Below, one piece after another: positions 26,989 through 35,620 of a stretch of DNA of 51,005 nucleotides. Below the pieces are notes generated by a model, which made no database searches, was not told the origin of the DNA, and saw nothing but the letters and a program-made list of their open reading frames with translations. The stretch's first letter is position 1. Every line of letters starts with the position of its first letter. A program made the position numbers and the translations under genes. Source of the stretch: a virus. The DNA is taken from the IMG/VR virus record IMGVR_UViG_3300045051_000371, positions 1 to 51,005 of that record. The stretch is one strand, 5' to 3'.

Positions 26989-28268
26989 TTCGTCTCAAAC
27001 TCCTTCAAGTAAGTTCCAATCTCATAGACATTCAGGTTGCACTTAGTATCCATTCGATTGGTCAATTTCATTTCTCCCGTTTCAGCACGAAACATTCGTG
27101 CCTTGCGTAACTTAATCATAGATCTCAAAGTCTCTACAAACTCCCGTGCGTTGACAGATTCCAACACTGCTTTGTAAAGTTCAGTGATCTCATAGTCAGC
27201 GTTGTTCAGCAGATCTTCAATCAACTCATGGATCGGGAACAACTCATTGCGTGGCTTTGTGCTGAGTGCTAAATCCATGGTTTTTTCAATAGACTCCAAG
27301 GCTGCGAAAGCTTGTTTGACGTGCGTAATATGGATAGGATGGCTGAGATCTGGACACTGTGAAAGACACACAATACCCGCTAACTTCTGGACGTGAACAC
27401 GTTTACGCTCATAGTAATCAAGCAACTTCGGCGAGCGATTAAGACGCTTCGTGTCGGACTCATGTTCATACCAGTATTTAACATACTCCCGCGCATCATC
27501 AGTGTATCGAAGTGGACCGACGAGACGTGTGAGTTTTGCGATGTGAGCCATTAAACGATGCTTTGCTTCAAGCATCTCTTTGGTCACCGCAGGTCCGTTG
27601 AAATTACGCTTCTTTGGTGTGGCTTCGTAGATGAACCAGGTTCTTGCACCGAGACCTTCGTTGAAGATCTTCTTTTCATAGCAGTCGTAGATGAAAGCTG
27701 GTTGAGCGGCAGAGAGGAGATTCAGGCAGCCGTTGTGGATAGTCTCTTTGCCGCGTTTCTCAGTCATGCCTTGGTAGAGACCGCTATCGTAGATTACTGT
27801 CAGGAACCTGGCAACTTCACGGGGATCCATTCCGGAGGGAAACAGCGCAGAGAACTCCGTCAGTGCAAGCGCGAGGCTGGCATGATGATAAAGACCTCCG
27901 TTGTAATGCTCAATGTTTCCCAGCTTAGACATCAGCTTAACCAACGAGACCTTTGAAGTATTATCAGGTCCTGTCGGAATAGCAAGCTCCTCATTCTCGG
28001 GATACTTACTAAGCGTGTCGTCAGTATTAAGCTCGCCATTCTTCCCAATCCGAAACAAAATATCTCTAACACGATCAATGACTGCGGATTTACCAACGCC
28101 AGGTCCAGCAACGTATGTTGTGTAGGTATTGAGATATAGCCTACTCTCATCGTTTGCTAACCATACTTTTCGCCCGACAGCGGACGATACAAGTGAATAG
28201 AATCCAAAGTCCTTGAATGAATCAGGACTCTCAAGATTCTTGTTGTATTCATCCCAGTCTTGTTTCAT
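26985..28268 (-). CDS. P-loop NTPase, putative replicative helicase or primase-associated ATPase
   Basis: Walker A YVAGPGVGKS, 427 aa, directly upstream of the polymerase genes. Confidence 0.5.
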   Translation of the reverse strand: MKQDWDEYNKNLESPDSFKDFGFYSLVSSAVGRKVWLANDESRLYLNTYTTYVAGPGVGKSAVIDRVRDILFRIGKNGELNTDDTLSKYPENEELAIPTGPDNTSKVSLVKLMSKLGNIEHYNGGLYHHASLALALTEFSALFPSGMDPREVARFLTVIYDSGLYQGMTEKRGKETIHNGCLNLLSAAQPAFIYDCYEKKIFNEGLGARTWFIYEATPKKRNFNGPAVTKEMLEAKHRLMAHIAKLTRLVGPLRYTDDAREYVKYWYEHESDTKRLNRSPKLLDYYERKRVHVQKLAGIVCLSQCPDLSHPIHITHVKQAFAALESIEKTMDLALSTKPRNELFPIHELIEDLLNNADYEITELYKAVLESVNAREFVETLRSMIKLRKARMFRAETGEMKLTNRMDTKCNLNVYEIGTYLKEFETK

Positions 28269-29287
28269 TTTTCTACCAAGCCTCCAGGGTTTTTATCTTT
28301 ATGCCAAGGTCCCCAATTGTCGCCGATCATGCCGCTACTAAGCATTTGAAACTCTTCACCACGTGAAGAAACGAGGTGTGCTTCAATAGCAGGTTTCATA
28401 ACTTCTTCATTCGCTTGCACAGCTTCATCTTCGGGACAGTTTAAAGCAAAGCTGTCGTGACAGTTATTGAAGATTGTCCAATCGAGACGTTCCTTCTGGA
28501 TCCGGGACCACACTATCTCCACCGCTCGATGTGTAATCTCTGCTACTGTGCTTTGTGGATTTGCAGCGTAGATATCCTTGATGCTGTGGCGAACCCGGGG
28601 CGTGAATCGCATCGGATGGCCGAACAGATTATACACAACATCACCATTCTGACGAAATTCACGCAAGACACGTGGTTGCCAGTCGTTGAAAATCTCAGGA
28701 AAGAGTTCATTTTTGTAGGTATTGACATCATGTTGAGCTTCCTCGTAGGAGAGCCAGAGCATTCCGCCGGATCGCTTGAGACAGGTGTCACGATAGATGG
28801 AAGCCTCAGCATCATAGTTAAGACTATGGCACATCGTCTTCCCGTTGAAGTAATAGCGTGCTCCATGTTCCCAGTTGTCACTGTCGGCGATGATTGCAAC
28901 AAGCTCTTTCCAGTAGGAGAGAGATTTCAGTTTCTCGATCGGTGTGCTGGCGGCTTCAAGGAATTGCTCTGCACGCTCTGGGATACGCTTGGCAAATTCA
29001 TGCTTATAACGTCGCAGTGCAACAAAACAATGCGGCTTGATGCCCAACTTGAACAGCTTGCGGAAGTTACCATCCGGAGCTTCCCAAGCAACAATACGTG
29101 CATCAGCACCACTTTGATCTCGCTGAACAATCTTGCGACCCTTGCCAGCAACTACAATGCAACGCTTGCTCTTCTCCCAGTTTTGCATTGAGCGACCAGT
29201 GCCAAAAGGTCCACGCGAGAATAGCTTCCCCTGAGACAGGCGAAACATCTTCTGCGAAGCTATCTTACAGCTGGCTGTTATGAGCAT
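28265..29287 (-). CDS. Family A DNA polymerase, C-terminal fragment (fingers/palm)
   Basis: GTGRSMQNW (compare TGRLSSxxPNLQN), motif A DQSGADARIVA, motif B GKTMCHSLNYD, motif C NCHDSF. Confidence 0.75.
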   Translation of the reverse strand: MLITASCKIASQKMFRLSQGKLFSRGPFGTGRSMQNWEKSKRCIVVAGKGRKIVQRDQSGADARIVAWEAPDGNFRKLFKLGIKPHCFVALRRYKHEFAKRIPERAEQFLEAASTPIEKLKSLSYWKELVAIIADSDNWEHGARYYFNGKTMCHSLNYDAEASIYRDTCLKRSGGMLWLSYEEAQHDVNTYKNELFPEIFNDWQPRVLREFRQNGDVVYNLFGHPMRFTPRVRHSIKDIYAANPQSTVAEITHRAVEIVWSRIQKERLDWTIFNNCHDSFALNCPEDEAVQANEEVMKPAIEAHLVSSRGEEFQMLSSGMIGDNWGPWHKDKNPGGLVEK

Positions 29288-29451
29288 ACAACAGAATATA
29301 CTTTACTTCCAAACACAAACATACACCGTTCGCCAGGCTTCATGATCTTAAGTGCATGTTGCTTCAACTCGTCAACATTGTCACCAAGTAATGTTGCGTA
29401 GCGAATCTTACCTGTCTCAGCAATAGTGCTGATTACGCACTGAGTTTGCAT
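29278..29451 (-). CDS. 57-aa ORF bridging the two polymerase fragments
   Basis: ATG at 29451 and TAA at 29278, found by hand translation (MQTQCVISTIAETGKIRY...). It overlaps the ends of both pol ORFs in a third frame. Confidence 0.35.
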   Translation of the reverse strand: MQTQCVISTIAETGKIRYATLLGDNVDELKQHALKIMKPGERCMFVFGSKVYSVVCS

Positions 29452-31028
29452 TGTTCTTTGCTCCAGGTTCTGTAGTTACGGTAGTAAGGTTTCAACTTGA
29501 GATCACTTGCAGCTTTAGCTTGCTCCCGATAGGCGAGAGTAAGCAGAAGAATTGGATGTGGACCAATCTTCAAGGCAAGTTTGTAGAATTCGTTCTCACC
29601 GAGTTTAGGTGCTCCGGCCGGAGTGTATTTCACTGCCGGATGCTTTTGCACACTGTGGAAATATTTAGAGAGCTGGGCCGGAGACGAGACAAGGCGAGCT
29701 TTGGAACCTTTACCAGCTACCATAGCTTTAATCTCTGGTCCAATCAACAGCTCCGCCACACGTGCATAAAGATTTGCACGATCATCGCAACGTTTTTGCA
29801 TTGTGATACGACGTTCATCGTCAACTTCGCAACCATTCAACGTCATATCCATATATGCACGCGCAGCAGCACAGGCATGTTCAATGGATTTCTTTAGTCC
29901 CTTGCGGGTTTCAGCATAGGCTAGTTGTTTCTGCTTGATTAGACGCATCAAGGAAACATCCTTACCGCAGTAATGCTTCAGTCGATACTCTTGATCGTGA
30001 TTGACAGGATTGTAAACACCGTCATTCTTGTGGTATGGCTCGAAAGTCCACAGTGAACCGCAATGACCAAGGGAACGCTCAAGCAACGGATAGCAACGAT
30101 GCTGGGCGATCATTGTATCGTATAGCTTTTTAGGTGCTGCGGGAAAACCGTAACGCCAGATCATTGCGGGACAGTCGAAGGTATCACCGTTGTGCATGAT
30201 AACACAATCTGCACGACGGATGGCGAGTGTGAGTTCCAGTAAGATACGGAAACCGTCAGGTCGCATGACATCGTTATAATCAACAACACTCGTTACATAC
30301 ACAGGACCCTCTTCACCACACCAAGCGAAACAGCGTATGGATAAATCCGTAGCAGTCTCAATGTCAAAGTAGAAATTCCCCGTATGCGCCCGCAACTTCT
30401 CACAAGGATTGTCAAGCATGATGATCTCGGTTTGATCCAAGGGCATCTTATGCTTGAGAAGGAAGGCAACTTTGCGACTATCGAACTCTAGCCAGGACTT
30501 AAAGTTTTGACGGGAAGTCTTACCGTGGTGAGATTTCTCATCCTCGAAAGTATCTTCAGCATCTTTGTCGTAGGCTTCACTGTCATCATCCGAGACCTCA
30601 TCAGGAGTGTTGTTTTCCTGGAACTTCTTCTCGTGATTCTTGCTGTCGAAACAATCCTGCGGGGTGTAGGATGATACTGCAACGACGTGAGTTAGCTGAA
30701 TCGGCGAGCCACGCTGTTCTCCGAGCGTGGAGAGTGTGCCCATGAAGGTGGTTTGCGCCTTCTGACCGAGACAGAAGATAACACGTGTTCCTTCACGGAG
30801 TGGGCTACGATCATCAGCGATACGAACTTCGCAGGCGTAGAAGTTAATATCAGCCTTGGCAAGACACTCTGTGCTGAACCACTTACCCGCAACGGAAGTG
30901 AGGATCTTGGGTTTATTTTCCTGTGCGGATTGGATAGTGTCGAAGCGGGACGGAGAAGACAAAATGATCGTCAGTCCATTATAGGGAAGACGGGGATTGA
31001 TGCGATATTGTGCCGGCTCAAAGTTCAT
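29433..31028 (-). CDS. Family A DNA polymerase, N-terminal fragment (3'-5' exonuclease plus thumb)
   Basis: ExoI FDIET, ExoII HNGDTFDCP, ExoIII YCGKDV, then a thumb-like LAYREQAKAAS. It ends with TAA. Confidence 0.75.
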   Translation of the reverse strand: MNFEPAQYRINPRLPYNGLTIILSSPSRFDTIQSAQENKPKILTSVAGKWFSTECLAKADINFYACEVRIADDRSPLREGTRVIFCLGQKAQTTFMGTLSTLGEQRGSPIQLTHVVAVSSYTPQDCFDSKNHEKKFQENNTPDEVSDDDSEAYDKDAEDTFEDEKSHHGKTSRQNFKSWLEFDSRKVAFLLKHKMPLDQTEIIMLDNPCEKLRAHTGNFYFDIETATDLSIRCFAWCGEEGPVYVTSVVDYNDVMRPDGFRILLELTLAIRRADCVIMHNGDTFDCPAMIWRYGFPAAPKKLYDTMIAQHRCYPLLERSLGHCGSLWTFEPYHKNDGVYNPVNHDQEYRLKHYCGKDVSLMRLIKQKQLAYAETRKGLKKSIEHACAAARAYMDMTLNGCEVDDERRITMQKRCDDRANLYARVAELLIGPEIKAMVAGKGSKARLVSSPAQLSKYFHSVQKHPAVKYTPAGAPKLGENEFYKLALKIGPHPILLLTLAYREQAKAASDLKLKPYYRNYRTWSKEQCKLSA

Positions 31029-31210
31029 GGAGTGATGGTAGCAACTACACGTCCGGTGGAAGCTTCTATTGCGATGACCTTGGTAGCGGTCGGATAGGCC
31101 GTGAAGAGTGACACAAGGAACATGGCGAGGGAGGGCATACCGGGACAGTTGAAGCTAGTGCGGTAGACAGTGGTGTCCGGCAGCGTAACGGAGAAGTTGT
31201 AGGTTGTCAT
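31025..31210 (-). CDS. Small hypothetical protein
   Basis: ATGA overlaps with both dut and pol. I took the internal ATG at 31210. Confidence 0.45.
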   Translation of the reverse strand: MTTYNFSVTLPDTTVYRTSFNCPGMPSLAMFLVSLFTAYPTATKVIAIEASTGRVVATITP

Positions 31211-31641
31211 TTCCCGGTGCTCCCAAATCCACCAAGCCAACGCTGAGTGGGTTCAAGTTCTTCAACGACTTCGATGGTGGGGTTGAATACTGGCATCACA
31301 ACAAGTTGCGCCACACGATCACCGACATTGTAGCCAAACATTCCCGGAAATAGTCTAGTGTCAAAGATCACACGAACATCTCCACGGTAATCAGAGTCAA
31401 TGACACCGACGGAATTAGTCAATCGGAGATTGGTTTTATAGATACTGCTCCGCGGGAACAGCAATCCAACATATCCCGCCGGAATCTCAACAGCTATCCC
31501 GGTGGAGATAGTAATGAGGTGTGTCATATAAGCATCAGTGCAAGGCACGATACTGTCGAAATAAAGATCATAGCCTGCCGCTCCGCTGGTTGCACGGACA
31601 GGAGCTTTAGCAGTTGGGGTCAGTAGTTTAATTTTCATCAT
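31207..31641 (-). CDS. dut: dUTP diphosphatase
   Basis: All five dUTPase motifs are present: AAGYDL, PRSS, GVIDSDYRG, GDRVAQL, GGFGSTG. Confidence 0.9.
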   Translation of the reverse strand: MMKIKLLTPTAKAPVRATSGAAGYDLYFDSIVPCTDAYMTHLITISTGIAVEIPAGYVGLLFPRSSIYKTNLRLTNSVGVIDSDYRGDVRVIFDTRLFPGMFGYNVGDRVAQLVVMPVFNPTIEVVEELEPTQRWLGGFGSTGK

Positions 31642-31682
31642 TCTCTCACATCAAAGCACAACACGTATGCTCTGATTGGAAA

Positions 31683-31702
31683 GGGGGAGGACTCCCTCCC
31701 CG
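31683..31702 (-). terminator. Hairpin after the SSB-like gene
   Basis: ggggagg-actc-cctcccc, 7 nt after the stop, followed on the minus strand by TTTCC. Confidence 0.4.
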
Positions 31703-31708
31703 TGATGG

Positions 31709-32272
31709 TTAGAAGTTATTGTCCGGAGCGTTAACGTTGCTCGGGCCAATCCAGCGAGAGAGCTGGAGTTCGTGCACGATAACAGGCTGGTTATTATCAT
31801 CCAGCACCGACACCAACTCAGGTTTCTCACCGGCAGCTTTCTGCGCGGGAGTGAGTTCGGCGTAGGCTTTACGAGGCTTGGAGCGAGTGTTAACGATCGC
31901 CCGGACAACCTTACCGACGAACGGGACGTTAACGATCTCACCGTCCGGAGTCTTAACCTGCATCGGATTATCAGTATCCAACGAACGCTTGTAACCACAA
32001 GCACTGTAAAGTGCAAAGAGGCCAAACGACGTGTGCAGGTTCATCTTGGAGATGCCGACATAAGTAGTAATCTCCTTACCAGAGATGGAATACTTCTTGC
32101 CAGCGATCTCGATATTCTCCGGAGCAAGAACCTCAAGAGTCAACTTCCAGGAGATCTTCTCTTCCTTGGTGTGAGGTTCAACCTTGCGAATGTAAACGTC
32201 CACAGAAGTATCCGGGACACGAACGGAACCATCAATCATCGGGAACGTATTGTCGTCGTTGAGTTCAGGCAT
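31709..32272 (-). CDS. Putative ssDNA-binding protein (T7 gp2.5-like organisation)
   Basis: 187 aa within the replication cluster. The C-terminal tail ends in ...APDNNF, with an aromatic last residue as in gp2.5. The similarity is weak and motif-level only. Confidence 0.35.
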   Translation of the reverse strand: MPELNDDNTFPMIDGSVRVPDTSVDVYIRKVEPHTKEEKISWKLTLEVLAPENIEIAGKKYSISGKEITTYVGISKMNLHTSFGLFALYSACGYKRSLDTDNPMQVKTPDGEIVNVPFVGKVVRAIVNTRSKPRKAYAELTPAQKAAGEKPELVSVLDDNNQPVIVHELQLSRWIGPSNVNAPDNNF

Positions 32273-32315
32273 ATGTGTTTGTTTTGTTAAGCCCTCAGCT
32301 TAGAGGGAAATTGGG

Positions 32316-32465
32316 TTATTCGGCGGTGAGGATAATGCAATCGTTGGTGTTATCGAAACAGGCTTCGCCTTCCATGGGAACATATTCACCATCAACAAGG
32401 AATTGCACTTCAGCGGATTGAGGAAGCGCTTGAAGCTGTTTAATTAGTTCATGCGCGAGGATCAT
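32316..32465 (-). CDS. Small hypothetical protein (49 aa)
   Basis: Found by hand translation, with an ATGA overlap with 32462..32656. Confidence 0.4.
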   Translation of the reverse strand: MILAHELIKQLQALPQSAEVQFLVDGEYVPMEGEACFDNTNDCIILTAE

Positions 32466-32656
32466 AATTCCCAAGTAACAATTGAAACGTCAGGTTGACC
32501 AACGGCAGGATTCAGGCGAAGACCAGTGATTTCAATAGCAGCAGTTTCAACTGCCTGTTCACCAATTTCAGGAAGTTCACGCTTCACAACACTAACTGCA
32601 ATGGTCATTTCTTCGTCGAATTTATTCAGTTCAGTAATGAGTTCTTTGGTTGTCAT
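32462..32656 (-). CDS. Small hypothetical protein
   Basis: ORF track, overlap-coupled. Confidence 0.45.
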   Translation of the reverse strand: MTTKELITELNKFDEEMTIAVSVVKRELPEIGEQAVETAAIEITGLRLNPAVGQPDVSIVTWEL

Positions 32657-33405
32657 ACGTAAATCAAGTTCCAGTCTGCGGGGATTGTTTTGCCACGAAG
32701 GTGTTCTGCTCGGCTACCATACCGATCAGCAGTTCCTTCAAAGATGATTTGGTTGTTAAATGTTCCGTCAGGATTGACAGTGCCTTTCCGAAAATATCCA
32801 ACTGCGTGCATACGCCCAAGGAATGTGTTGGCTAGTTTACCGGGCAGATCAAGAACCTTCTCGGTTGGTTCTTCGAGAATGTTCTTGGTTACACCCTTGC
32901 GAGCTTCACCGTCCAGCATCTTAGCTGTCTCACCATCCCACTTATCTTTAACGTGTCCAACAAAGATAACATATGGCGCAACACGCTCAAGCATTGTCTC
33001 TAGTTTCAGGAATGCTGTGTAGAGTGTTTCGTAACCCTTAAATGGCACGTCACGAATGTCTGCAACTTCAGGTTCCTTTGCGGATTTGGTGCGATTGTAG
33101 ATAGCGGTGGTGTGTTCGATGCAAAGCCCAACAAGTTCTGTGATACTATCCACAGCAACATACTTGTAAGGCTTCCCGGCTTTCTCAATGGCCAACAGGA
33201 GTTCAATAAACTCCATGTAAGTTTTGATCTTGCCTGTTCGGCAGCAGGAATAGAATCCTGCATGTCCGTCAATATCAATGATCAACGATGGTTCAGGTAG
33301 TTGTGTCAGGAACAGTGTCTTACCGGACAACTGAATTCCATATAGCAACAACAACCTAGGATTCTTTTCGGATGGGGGTGAGATTCCCTTCGGGAGAGAT
33401 GTCAT
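32653..33405 (-). CDS. AAA_24 / Sak4-like RecA-fold ATPase
   Basis: LLLYGIQLSGKTLF (Walker A) followed by SLIIDIDGH, as is typical of the phage AAA_24 family. Confidence 0.6.
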   Translation of the reverse strand: MTSLPKGISPPSEKNPRLLLLYGIQLSGKTLFLTQLPEPSLIIDIDGHAGFYSCCRTGKIKTYMEFIELLLAIEKAGKPYKYVAVDSITELVGLCIEHTTAIYNRTKSAKEPEVADIRDVPFKGYETLYTAFLKLETMLERVAPYVIFVGHVKDKWDGETAKMLDGEARKGVTKNILEEPTEKVLDLPGKLANTFLGRMHAVGYFRKGTVNPDGTFNNQIIFEGTADRYGSRAEHLRGKTIPADWNLIYV

Positions 33406-33640
33406 AAGATGCTACAATACGTTCTGTGTATGTTCGTTCAACGATGATTAGTTTGCCGGGATGACGTGTAGCTGATCCTCCGTAGTGTTTCTCAGGAGCC
33501 TCAGAACTTTTCCAATAACCTTCCATTATCTGCCACTCCGGATTTCCTTCAACTTCCCAACGCCACCGTGATTGATATTCTTTACCGTCTTTGACTGTCT
33601 TCTCCAGAAGCTTTAAGGTATTCATCGACTCGATCGGCAT
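33356..33640 (-). CDS. Hypothetical protein
   Basis: ORF track. The start is uncertain (33640 or 33625). Confidence 0.4.
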   Translation of the reverse strand: MPIESMNTLKLLEKTVKDGKEYQSRWRWEVEGNPEWQIMEGYWKSSEAPEKHYGGSATRHPGKLIIVERTYTERIVASYDISPEGNLTPIRKES

Positions 33641-33911
33641 ACTTATCTTTGAGTTGTTTTCCGTATTGGTAGACTGAGAGGTCTAGAATCTCCGCACGAA
33701 TCTCTCTGTCAAATTCACAACGGAAGAAATTCCCACCATGTTCATCATTACCCATCTTGAATTTACACACTGTCTTCACTGCTTGATCCACCAGCATCTC
33801 CGTCAGGAACTCTTCATATGCCAGGTTGAAACCCTGTGTCCTCACCAGCGCCCTGACCTTTGACTCTAGATCCTCGATGACGGAGAATGGGATTGTATTC
33901 CACTTGCTCAT
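33582..33911 (-). CDS. Hypothetical protein
   Basis: I took the internal ATG at 33911 (MSKWNTIPF...). The upstream part of the tracked ORF overlaps the nuclease gene. Confidence 0.4.
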   Translation of the reverse strand: MSKWNTIPFSVIEDLESKVRALVRTQGFNLAYEEFLTEMLVDQAVKTVCKFKMGNDEHGGNFFRCEFDREIRAEILDLSVYQYGKQLKDKYADRVDEYLKASGEDSQRR

Positions 33912-34725
33912 AGTTTTCAGTTCGGTTTGTGTGACAAATGTCGAAGTAGTTGCAGACGTAGTCTTTGCCGGACATACAGGATCCCGTGACGATGCCTGTC
34001 GGAAGTCCAGGCACGAAGTTATCCACAAATCGTCGGAGGAGATCTCCATATTCCGAGACTAGTTGCCAGTTGATGTTGAAACAGTGTTGGTTGAACGAGA
34101 CGCCAGTCTTTAGCATTCTGACGCTGTAGATGTTAATGCAGCGCAAGGCAGGATAAACTTCCTTCGCAAACCAAGAGTCCGGTTTTGCAAGAGCCAACTC
34201 CCGCATCAGCCAAGGATAATGCAAGAATTGCGCAGAACGTTCATACTGACGGAGATCAATCTCCCATTTCATCGTGGTCTTAATATCACGAACGGCGATG
34301 AAATCAGTTGGCAATCGCTCCATGCCATCCAGTGTGCCAGTGCCGATGTCGATGACGTCTTCCGTTTCACGGATAGGATAAGCCAGCGAGAACTCAACAC
34401 AAGCTTCTCCATTAGGCTTAGTGATAACTGGGTTGCGGGAACCACGATCAGCTTCCCAAGCTTCACACATGCTGGACACGTAGCCTGCTGTGAGCCAAGG
34501 GATGGTTGGTTTAACGTGCGCCTGATTCATCATGCCCATCGCACGAAGGCCAGCAGTATCCTCGTCCACACCTTGATTGCGAAGAGCATCATAGAGATGC
34601 AACGCTGAGCCAGCAGTTAGGAAGTTATCTTCCTGACGGGGACGGAAGCCAGATTGAACATAGCTAATAGCCTTGTTACAGCCACCGGCTAGAGTTGATT
34701 GTGACCAATATCGTTTAATTTTCAT
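33814..34725 (-). CDS. PD-(D/E)XK exonuclease, Cas4/RecB-like with a Cys cluster
   Basis: VRDIKT (D-x-K), an upstream GSALH, one N-terminal Cys (GGCNKA) and three C-terminal Cys (GSCMSGKDYVCNYFDIC). Confidence 0.6.
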   Translation of the reverse strand: MKIKRYWSQSTLAGGCNKAISYVQSGFRPRQEDNFLTAGSALHLYDALRNQGVDEDTAGLRAMGMMNQAHVKPTIPWLTAGYVSSMCEAWEADRGSRNPVITKPNGEACVEFSLAYPIRETEDVIDIGTGTLDGMERLPTDFIAVRDIKTTMKWEIDLRQYERSAQFLHYPWLMRELALAKPDSWFAKEVYPALRCINIYSVRMLKTGVSFNQHCFNINWQLVSEYGDLLRRFVDNFVPGLPTGIVTGSCMSGKDYVCNYFDICHTNRTENYEQVEYNPILRHRGSRVKGQGAGEDTGFQPGI

Positions 34726-34964
34726 ATATCTAGCTTATCAAGCTTATCAAGCATTGCTTTAATTTTACTACGATCAGCTGGCGGACGAGTAGGAGGCGCA
34801 TGGCGTTTTGGTTTAGATTCTCGTGTGGTGCTCTCTGGACTTCCACGGATCAATCTAACTTCTGGCAGGAGATCTTTGAACATATCCATCAAGGTCTCAT
34901 CACTCTCATTCAGCAATGCAATGATCTTCTCGTCATCAAGATTGGTTAATTCATCTATTGTCAT
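34722..34964 (-). CDS. Small hypothetical protein
   Basis: ORF track, ATGA-coupled. Confidence 0.45.
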   Translation of the reverse strand: MTIDELTNLDDEKIIALLNESDETLMDMFKDLLPEVRLIRGSPESTTRESKPKRHAPPTRPPADRSKIKAMLDKLDKLDI

Positions 34965-35602
34965 AGATCAAGATGCAGCGTAACTTCCATACCCTTCAGA
35001 CCTTTAACTGCAATGCCGGGATATTTTAGGATAAAGGTTTGCAACTTTGTATAGTCAGTCAGGCTGTGCAGTTTAATTGTCAATTCACCGATGTCACCTT
35101 CTCGCTTCATCCATTCAACAATCTGTAGTTGCCAGTTGAGTTCTGTCATCATCGGCGAGGCAACGGACAACACACGGTTTTTACGTTGAACCTTAACATC
35201 ACCGCCACGCTTGGCGAAGCTGTAGAGTTCTTCCCACTCAGAGTATTTTCCGGTAGGATCTAGATTCTCGACCAGATACGCAAGACCGTGACGGAAATAC
35301 TGAATAGCTGATGAAGCGGTTAGGCGTGTGGGAAGAATCTCATCTTCAACACCACGATCAATAATGTCTCTAACTTCAACCGCTGCCCGGTGACAGTAGT
35401 ATTCTCCACGAATACAAGTAAACCGGGACTTCTCAGGTTGTCGAATGTAACCGTCAGCTTCGATAATAATCTTGCGAAGACGCTCCTGGAGATCACAGAG
35501 CTGGTTGTCGATCTTCTCTTTTGTCGCTGGATCAGAGACTACCTTTCGACTCTTGATAAGAGCGGCTGCGGTTGATTGGATTTCTTTGTAAGCAGGAATC
35601 AT
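34961..35602 (-). CDS. Hypothetical protein immediately downstream of the sigma-54 activator
   Basis: ORF track, 213 aa, no recognisable motif. Confidence 0.5.
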   Translation of the reverse strand: MIPAYKEIQSTAAALIKSRKVVSDPATKEKIDNQLCDLQERLRKIIIEADGYIRQPEKSRFTCIRGEYYCHRAAVEVRDIIDRGVEDEILPTRLTASSAIQYFRHGLAYLVENLDPTGKYSEWEELYSFAKRGGDVKVQRKNRVLSVASPMMTELNWQLQIVEWMKREGDIGELTIKLHSLTDYTKLQTFILKYPGIAVKGLKGMEVTLHLDL

Positions 35603-35620
35603 GCCAGTGGGGGAAGAGTA

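Noticed and set aside
29288-29432. An intron or intein interrupting the DNA polymerase.
   Set aside because: The 145-nt gap is far too short for a group I or II intron. There are no intein blocks, the first fragment ends in a stop codon, and the second has its own ATG.
31651-32025. 124-aa minus ORF overlapping the SSB-like gene in another frame.
   Set aside because: Ser/Arg/Leu-rich and low in complexity. The 31709..32272 frame has the better composition, and the terminator hairpin follows its stop.
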